This document shows, in pieces, positions 55,434 to 64,000 of a stretch of DNA of 64,000 nucleotides. Positions within the stretch are counted from its first letter, which is position 1. Each line of letters starts with the position of its first letter. This stretch comes from Eledone cirrhosa (lineage: Eukaryota). A program made the position numbers and the translations under genes. A model generated the notes under the pieces. That model saw only the letters and a program-made list of their open reading frames with translations. It made no database searches and was not told where the DNA came from. The stretch is from contig OZ024750.1 of assembly GCA_964016885.1 (NCBI GenBank), forward strand, positions 15,314,001 to 15,378,000. The letters run 5' to 3'.

Positions 55434-56052
55434 AAAATTAAGTTAAATTAAGGATGTCATGTCAGATAGACATGCACCATATCACCCGTAAAATATGCTC
55501 CAAGATTCCAATAAATAGATCCGAGCATTTTATATCAATTAGAAATTGATTGACATAAATATATCTAAAATAAACATGAAACAATCACAGGGGATAATTT
55601 GTAAAAGTGTGTAAGCACACATAGCTAGGTAGGTAACTAAATAAAGTTTAACTAGAACTTTAAAAATAGATACCTTATAAATTAATTAATCTTCCTTGTA
55701 AATATTCCATTAAAGAAATATATTTCACCAATTAATCGATTGGTAAACGACAGTAGCCAGATCCTGGATTTCAACAAGGAAGAGGACTAACCATCTGTGT
55801 TTACGCATCAAATTCAAATCAGCGACTGGCCAGTAACACGTGCTGTATTTATTAAAAATACACAAATCGTACCAGCTTCGTCCCAGTGGCGTGAATAGGG
55901 TTATCGACAACTAGAAATAGCAGTCAAGTCCTTTCAACTGAGTTAGCTCTACAATTTAGGGGCCGTATTTATATATATTCAAAATTAATTATCCCCTGTG
56001 ATTGTTCCATATGTTTATTTTAGATATATTTATATGTCAATCAATTTCTAGT

Positions 56053-56090
<38 letters not shown>

Positions 56091-56093
<3 letters not shown>

Positions 56094-56283
56094 AACCAGT
56101 AAGACCCCGACAGCTGAGCTCAAGCCGTCTCGACGGCTAATTCTGGTCCAGAATTAGCCGTCGAAACGGCTTGAGCTCAGCTGTCGGGGTCTTACTGGTT
56201 CCTATTACCCACTCTACTACCTCAAGTATTGAGTACTTTGGTGCGTTATGGTTCACCTGGTTCCTTACCACATTTCCTTCGTT
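56091..56283. mobile_element. Family A palindromic element (opposite orientation)
   Basis: Palindrome 56091-56203 plus a long arm ending ...CATTTCCTTCGTT; flanked by (TA)n. Confidence 0.8.
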
Positions 56284-56805
56284 ATATATATATATATATA
56301 TATATAAAACTAATTAAAATTTTGAAAGCCAAACAATGCGTTCTCCCTAACGCATTTGGCTTCCAAACTTTAAATTTGTGTTTCCTATTCAACAATACTT
56401 CAAGAAAGCTACAAAACTCTGTTATCATATATATATATATATATTATCATATATATATATATATATATATATATTATCATATATATATATATATATTATC
56501 ATATATATATATTTCGTTTCTGAATTTGTTTAGCAAGATTCTTTATCTGAAATCGTGTGTTGAAACCGATATTGTTATACTTTGGGAGGACAAAATGAAA
56601 ACACACACACATAGAACAAACAACCAACCAACAACATGTAAATAAATAAATAAATAAATAAATAAACAAATAGATAAATGAACACAAACACACACAGACA
56701 CCCGGATGTGGCGCATGCGCAAACTGAGCACACAACACACACACAGAAACAAAATGGCGTAGGACAGAAGAAAGGAAAGGCACAGAAACAAAGAAAGGAA
56801 TCCCC

Positions 56806-56850
56806 AGTCACTGAAGAGGTCACAGAGTGTGTGACGAAAGGACTATGACT
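56806..56850 (+). ncRNA. Minimal type I hammerhead motif
   Basis: AGTCA-CTGAAGA-g-GTCACA-gagtg-TGTGAC-GAAA-ggac-TA-TGACT: perfect 5-bp stem I and 6-bp stem II. Confidence 0.72.
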
Positions 56851-57014
56851 ATATATAAACAACTATCTGGTTGTGGAACCAACCAACCAACCAGAAATTT
56901 ATAAGTTTGTAGATTTGTAAATTTATAAATTTATAAATATATAATAAATTGAAGTGAAAGCAACTGGTGCGTGTGTTTCTTATTGGCAACATGACCCTCC
57001 CAAAGTATAACAAT

Positions 57015-57061
<47 letters not shown>

Positions 57062-57180
57062 AACACATATATATATATATACACACACATATATATGTAT
57101 ATATATATACTTAGAATGTATATATATATACTTAGAAGATGAACCAAGTCGAATAGGAGGGAGAGAGAGAGGGAGAGAGA

Positions 57181-57251
<71 letters not shown>

Positions 57252-58164
57252 TTAGATATAAAATGTTCCTTACTTTAGTATTTATTTGTATGATGACCTG
57301 AAAATGTGTGTGTTAGTATTGCTGTGTGGTGTACTGCTATCGTTTTAGTTTATTTGTGTGAGTATGTGTGGTTTGGATATGTTTGTAAGTCTTTAAGTGT
57401 ATATAGTCTATGGTGTGTGTGTGTGTGTGTGTGAATTTTTAGTGTCTGTGTGTTATTTGTTTATGTTTGTAAATGTGTTGTTATGTATAGTTTATGGTGT
57501 GTAATTGTGATTCTTTGTATTCTGTATATTTAATTATTTGTATGCGATGAAGTCTATATGTTAGTGCGTTTAATCATGTAATGTCTATGTTTTTGTCATT
57601 ACATATTTGTTCTTCTTGTTTTACAGTGTTGTTGTTGTTGTTGGTGTATATGGCGGCTGAGTGGGGTGTTTGTTTGTAATTTCTTTCTTTTTTTTTGCTG
57701 TGAAACCTATTGTTTATTAACTAATTGTATTGAGTTACATAGTATGTGTAAAGACTATAGCTTATGTGTTTCTTTTTGTTATGCTAACTTGTATACCGGT
57801 GTTGTTTGTTAATATATCTATGAAGTTATGTTTACCTCTGTGTCTGTTGATCTAGTTGTTGTTACTTGTGTCATCAGTGTAGCCGTGGTGTTCGTTTATT
57901 GATTTGTGAAGATATATATGTATGTATGTTGTTCTGTATGGGTGTAATCGTTGTCCGTATCGGGTGGCTTTCAATCTAATGCCATACAGATATGTTGGTG
58001 TCTTTGATAATCAAAACCTCGTGGTGTATGGTTTAATGAATATATATCAGAATGTTAGCAGTATATGTCTAGTATTGTGGGATAAGGTGGTGTGTGGTTT
58101 AATGAATATATATCAGAATGTTAGCAGAGGTTAATAATATAATAGATAACACGATAACCATAGG

Positions 58165-58390
58165 CGCTGAGCTGGCTAGCTGCAGATGTGAGCCTCGCGA
58201 GATGGAATAGCTCTTCCAGCGCATTTCCTTTACCGTCCTCCGAGGAAATGCCTTCTCCATTCTGTCCACCAGGGCCGTGGGGCGGCCAGCACGTTGGACC
58301 CCATTTGCTTATAATACAGATAGATGGTCAGGGCGAGAGAGATGGAGACGATGACAGTGGGAGTTTGGCTCTTCTGTGTTCGGACTTGGT
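58165..58390 (+). mobile_element. 3' end fragment of the same CRE-like family
   Basis: gagcctcgcgagatggaatagctcttccagcgc...ccttctccattctgtcc is homologous to the reverse complement of about 58745-58825. Confidence 0.75.
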
Positions 58391-58705
58391 GTGTAGCGTC
58401 AGTTGTCCGTAAGGAGGTAGTGATTCATAGGAATGCTTGTGCTATCATTCCTGTTATGAAAAGGACATAAGACATAACATTGGATCATAGATATGCCAGT
58501 CATATAACGTTTTCACTGGCAACTGAAATCTAAGAAAATTGGTTTTAAAATATGTAATAAAACACTTTAAATAGGTGTTATGATAGCTGCTGTCTGCTGC
58601 AGTTGTCAGATTTCTTTTAACTAAACTTATATTTTCAATAACAATTTTTTTAGCAATATCACACTGTCTTTATTGTGTTGTATCAGGTGAAAGAATGGTA
58701 TTTAG

Positions 58706-59820
58706 CTAATGTATTGGTACGCGATGGGGCCCACCCACAGCCCCGGCGGACAGAATGGAGAAGGCGTTTCTCCGGAGGACGGCAAGGGAGACGCGCTGGA
58801 AAAGCCACTCCAACTCGCGGGGCTCACACCTGCGGCTGGCCAGCTCAGCGCCTATGGTGGTGAGTAAGGAGGTAGCCCTGGGGCCGAGGACACCAGAAGT
58901 TTCCACTGCCAGGGGAACAACCGCAAACCTGTCGGAGAGCGACCGGTATTTGAGGAGTTTGGCCCCCTCATCCCGACGTGCAGCAGAACCTGGGTCAGTC
59001 GCAGACTGCACCAGGTTGCGGCAGCAGAAAGTGTCGGTGCAAGTGGCATCCCAGACGAGGGGTTTGCCACCGCGGAACGGGAAGATGGTCATGCCATCTG
59101 GCCTTTTGCCGTCCCCTCGATCCAGCCCCATCGGCTCGAGCTGGGAAGGGAAGCCTGCAGCGTCCAAGCCATGCTTAATGACCTCGTTGAGGGCAGTATG
59201 GCGTGGAATGCGGCCTGCACCGTGGCGACAGGAAAGCGGGTGGAGGCCGAAAGAGTCCACGGTGGAACCGCAGCGACACTGGCGTGGCTGGCAGATCCGG
59301 AGGCCGAGCTTCAGGGAAACGCCGAATCGCAGGCTATAGTTGTCTAGCTGCGTGCCAGTGGAGAAGGAGGGCAGAGCATGGAGCCAGGCACCACTGTGGG
59401 GTTTGGAGGCCGCACGAAAACAAGCAAGGCGGTGCTGGTCGAGCTGGCGCGTGAGCCTATCTGAGGCCGGGCTGCACTGGATGGCATCCCAAGTGCGTTG
59501 GGGGGACTTGACGTCAACAGGGGGAGAAGGAGGAGGGACGTCTACTGGGCTAAGTCCCAGCCGGTCTCACGTCTCACAGGCGGCCTCACGTTCTCTGAAC
59601 ACAGAGGGTTCTGTTGTGTTTTGAAGAACCCTGCTGACGAAGACGCGGCACAAGATTACCGACGAAAGATACGCCGGCAAAGCTAGTGAGATCAGGGACC
59701 GGAGGCCTAGGCCACCATACCTGACCGGTAAAGTGGCCTGTTGCCACCCTATGTCGTCAAACTTGACGTTGCATATCCCCTCGGCTCCTGCTCGGATACA
59801 AGTATCGAGGTCAGCGAGGA
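58706..59820 (-). mobile_element. CRE-like non-LTR retrotransposon, 5'-truncated (RT thumb, CCHC knuckle, restriction-like endonuclease)
   Basis: GC-rich island encoding ATLPVRYGGLG, SGAWLHALPS, CRCGSTVDSFGLHPLSC, RH, KRPDG, LVWDAT and PLAVETSG. One in-frame TGA near 59568. Confidence 0.85.
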
Positions 59821-60343
59821 GAGTATTTAATGATTACAGTTTTCTATTATGTTAAATTTTATCTATTTATTTATCATCATTATATACATTTTTATCATCA
59901 TTTATTTGTCAGTTTATATTAAACCATATTTTTTTATGTAGCAATAAGCGAAATATTAAATATATACAATTTCGTGTATGTTTATAAGCTTGTATGGTGT
60001 ACAATGTGTATTGTTTTCTGTATACCTGCTTGTCTTGTTCAGTTTGTATGTAACATGTAATTTTAAGATTGTAAGATTGTAAGTTTCAGTGCTGGTTTCT
60101 TATATCGAATCAATTTTTTTTTTCACATCTATGTCACTGCTATATTACCGATTACACAGAAGAAATGATTTTCTTTTTTGTTTATCTAATAGCTAGTTGT
60201 ATCATTAGTCTATGTTAACATAAGAGTTTCTGAATAAATAAATAAATATCGTTTTCTAAATTACCCAAAGTTCACCGAGTAATAACTTACACCAGAAATT
60301 CAGAAAGTTTCCCAGACTTTAATAACTTCTGACAATATCCTCC

Positions 60344-60345
<2 letters not shown>

Positions 60346-60374
<29 letters not shown>

Positions 60375-60680
60375 CTTCTTCTTCTTCTTCTTCTTCTTCT
60401 TCTTCTTCTTCTTCTTCTTCTTCTTCTTCTTCGTCCACTTATTTCTGTGAGAGTCGTGAGGACAGAGTTCTCAAATACTCCTTCCAGCTGGTCCTATCAG
60501 AAGCAACATTTTCCAACAAATCCGACTGGATCCCCAAGCAAGACCATCCGAGCTCATCGATGTTATCCAACCATCTAGCTCGGGGTCTACCTCCAGGTCT
60601 CCTGCTGGCTGGTTTTGCCCGTAAAATTTGTCCAGCAGTTTTTTTTCTGAGACAGTGTAACCACGTGCCCATAGTATCGG
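60346..60680 (-). mobile_element. RTE-type LINE 3' fragment with a (GAA)n tail
   Basis: RRPGGRPRARWLDNI...VASDRTSWK...*; the stop is followed closely by (GAA)n at 60346-60432. Confidence 0.75.
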
Positions 60681-62044
60681 ATGGCCGTTAACTCTAATGA
60701 GTTCCTTCCTTCTTTTAGTAGGATTTGTTTTTCATCCCGCATGATGTTCTAAAACTACCCTCCTCACCAAGTAAATTTGGTTTGTTTGCCGGTTTAGACA
60801 CTAAGGACTTGACCATGCAATAAGTTGTACTGTGTTATATGTTACCAGCAGCACTCGAGAGTGACCTGTAAAATATTGTAAAACATCTTTTTACATGAAT
60901 ATCGCATGTTTACAGAGCAGAGGACTCAAAACAAGTGTAAATCCACATTAATGTGCTTACAATTTTTAGTTAACTAAAACGTATTTCAAAAATTGATTAT
61001 TTTCCTCCCAAGAACCGGTCAATAGAGTTAACCTTTATTCAGTAACTGGTAACAACATCAAATCTTGATTTCTAGACATTTGTAAGTGCTTTCTTGTGAA
61101 AGTTTTACGAGTTCTTTTCGAAAGATGTGTATCTTTCTAAATTTTTTTTTTTTAATTTATCCGTTTATTTATCTCGACTGCTTTATAGTCTCAACCTTTC
61201 ATTATGATGAGCTTTTCTCTTATCACGCTGCATTTTATTTGAGAACCAAGTATTTAATCCAATTAACTAAGATCTAAAGAAAAAATAATAGTCATGATAT
61301 TGTAAACTTTCAACTAGCCTATCAGTCGAATCAGAAGAAACTTACACTTTTAAGAGTTTGAAGAGGTGGAATCGGAAACATAATCATACCTGAAAACTGA
61401 TGCAAACCAAAGATTGAGATATTCTGCTATTATACCAAGAGAATTGATTATTTTTGAACCGTTTCTCCTTGGAATTGATAGCAGATTTTGTTTGGTTTAA
61501 GGAAATTATTCATCATACATATAAGAATATATATTATACCATAAATGAAGTAAATTTCTCTGAAGATGTTCAAGAATTTGCTTTACTGGCTTTTATTCAG
61601 AATGTATGATATGATGTTGTTTAAAAGAAATAGCATAATTTTCTCTAACTAATGAATGCTATTGATTAGTAACACCCGCTAATGGGTTCAAGTAAAAAGA
61701 GAGGATATTTGAATGCTTAAACTGCCCTAAAGCAAGTTCTCTAATTGATATCTGTTTGCTTTCCAAAGATCGTTTACGTTAATATAACGTTCTTATAACT
61801 TACAGACAATTATTTTTGGATAAGGAAAAAGATGCAGATATGTTTAGTTGAAAGAAAATGGATTTATGTGATTATGGTGCCTTTCTTTAGACAAAAGTAA
61901 CGAAAACAAAATATCTTCACAAAACTAATCAAAGCCAGTTTTCGCATACACTAATACCAAGAACTTACTTCTAACCAATATTGCTTGCATCCAAGAGATA
62001 AGAATTTCAAATACACAAAGATAATGGAAACAAGAAGATATAAT

Positions 62045-62082
<38 letters not shown>

Positions 62083-62558
62083 AGAAGTGGGCTAGCAGCC
62101 GAAGTGCATGACAAAATTACATTAGTTTGAATGAAAATGTATGTATATATTTATACATGTTGGTGTAGTCTCGGTTACATACTCTGAATATATATATATA
62201 TATATATATATGGATGTATATAAGATTATATCTTCTTGTTTCCATTATCTATGTGTATTTGAAATTCTTATCTCTTGGATACAAGCAATATTGGTTAGAA
62301 GTAAGTTCTTGGTATTAGTGTATGCGAAATATATAGGGACTATTAAATCTCTCCCAAGGTAACTCTCTCTCTCTTGTGTTGTTATTATTATTTTTACCCT
62401 TTCACTCTTCCCTTCATTCTACACATCTCACACATCTTATACACACCACGCATCTCAACGTACACCCACTTACATATCTCTCTCTCTCCTACACCGGACC
62501 CTGTTACCCGGAGATTTACCCATTTGCATTGTCGAGGCTTCCAAACGACTTATAAATA

Positions 62559-62624
<66 letters not shown>

Positions 62625-62627
62625 TAT

Positions 62628-62750
62628 CGTCGAAACGGCTTGAGCTCAGCTGTCGGGGTCTTACTGGTTCCTATTACCCACTCTACTACCTCAAGTATTG
62701 AGTACTTTTGTGCGTTATGGTCCACATGGTTCCTTACCACATTTCCTTCG

Positions 62751-62829
<79 letters not shown>

Positions 62830-62942
62830 AGAGTCGAGGCTTGATGACTGAGCTATTGCCGTTTCAATAGTCAGCTGTCGGCCTCGACTCTTTATGATAT
62901 AGCCATACTCTCCTATCCCAAGTATCGAGTACTCTGTTGAGT
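62628..62942. mobile_element. Family A single-arm copy (62628-62752) and a diverged palindromic relative (62826-62942)
   Basis: The first starts at CGTCGAAACGG and runs to CCTTCGTT. The second has GAGTCGAGGC/GCCTCGACTC arms and the shared aagtatcgagtactctg segment. Confidence 0.7.
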
Positions 62943-64000
62943 AATAATCTAATTAATTTTAAACTGGTTCTATCCTGAATAAACTTAATGACGATTCTCT
63001 GACACATCGCTCCTACTTAGTATTAATATTACACTCTACTTATGAAGGAAACAGACCATAGTATAACACTACATACTATACTTAAACGGACCTACCTACA
63101 CATCGAGCGCTCAAGTGAACCAACAGTAACATGAGGTTAAAACACATTAAGCAATATTTTTTTTTTTTTTCAGTTGGGAACATCCAGACTTTTTTTAACC
63201 ATGACCATCCAGTAGAATTACAATTACTCACAATATACAAAATGGCCGCGAATTCAAAGCATTCTTTTCCGAATCTTTACCCAAGTGATTTATGTGAGTT
63301 ACGTTCGCAGGGTGTCCCGTGTCTTTATGTACTGTAATAGGACTAAATAAACACGACTGAGTCAATTACTTTTAAAGTGTAATGAATGAAAGGGGTCCAA
63401 CATTGTAACAGAAGCTACTGAAACAATCGATATTTTAGTGTTTTAAAACCAAAGTCTCGATAATTTTGTGATATTTAAGTTCAGATTAATTCTTTAGTGC
63501 TTATTGTCCAGAACATTTTCTATTTGCTATTAATAATCAGCTTCACATTTATTAATGTCTTAACGATATAGAGTTAAACATCTATAAACTTTAATATCCT
63601 TTGATTTTTCTTTGATACGACTACTTTCATAACATTATGTATTGAATGTAACTTTCATTCGCTCATAAGAATACTAATAAATGTTGTAGCTGTCACTAAA
63701 CGATGGCATTTCACCCTTACAAGGAACACTTATATTAAATTCTTTTAGAAGAAATTATTTTGTGAATTAATCCTAATATGAAAGCACGTACATGCTTTCA
63801 TCTTGGAATTCAAATTATAAATAGCTTAACGAATTGTGGAATTGTGCTGATAATGCAAGGACTATAAATGATTACCATAGAACAGAACTGTCTGGTTAAA
63901 TACAAGTATATCAGGTACAGTAAAAATGTTTGTCATGTTAAAAATATTACATTTTGCTGGAAGTTGTACTTCGTCTTGCAAACTATATGGTCAAATTATA

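Noticed and set aside
58755-59339. 194-aa plus-strand ORF
   Set aside because: Antisense shadow of the GC-rich retrotransposon frame.
59633-59670. CTGACGA...GAAA as a hammerhead
   Set aside because: It is antisense within the CRE-like coding sequence and lacks convincing stems I and III; a chance match.

Overview
AT-rich animal genomic DNA, saturated with (TA)n, (CA)n, (TACA)n, (GATA)n, (TTC)n and (TAG)n microsatellites. The repeat landscape suggests a coleoid cephalopod such as octopus (inference). The only host gene I can support is the 3' part of a class A neuropeptide GPCR of the tachykinin/leucokinin/luqin-RYamide receptor group: a TM6-TM7 exon (8810-9019) spliced over a 16.9-kb intron to the terminal helix-8/C-tail exon (25917-26159). 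The rest is mobile DNA: two tRNA-derived SINE families, fragments of RTE, Tx1/L1, R4/Dong-like and CRE-like non-LTR retrotransposons, a Penelope-like RT remnant, and two hAT MITEs. The main hidden signal is about a dozen minimal type I hammerhead ribozyme motifs from several unrelated short elements, mostly abutting (TA)n tracts. They include a retrozyme-like 358-bp head-to-tail dimer (38990-39646), a sense/antisense hammerhead pair in the probable GPCR 3'UTR (26632-26763), and a multi-copy family whose palindrome appears to be a hammerhead folded back at stem II. All folds were read by eye and no activity is demonstrated. Almost all ORFs in the supplied track are microsatellite artefacts.
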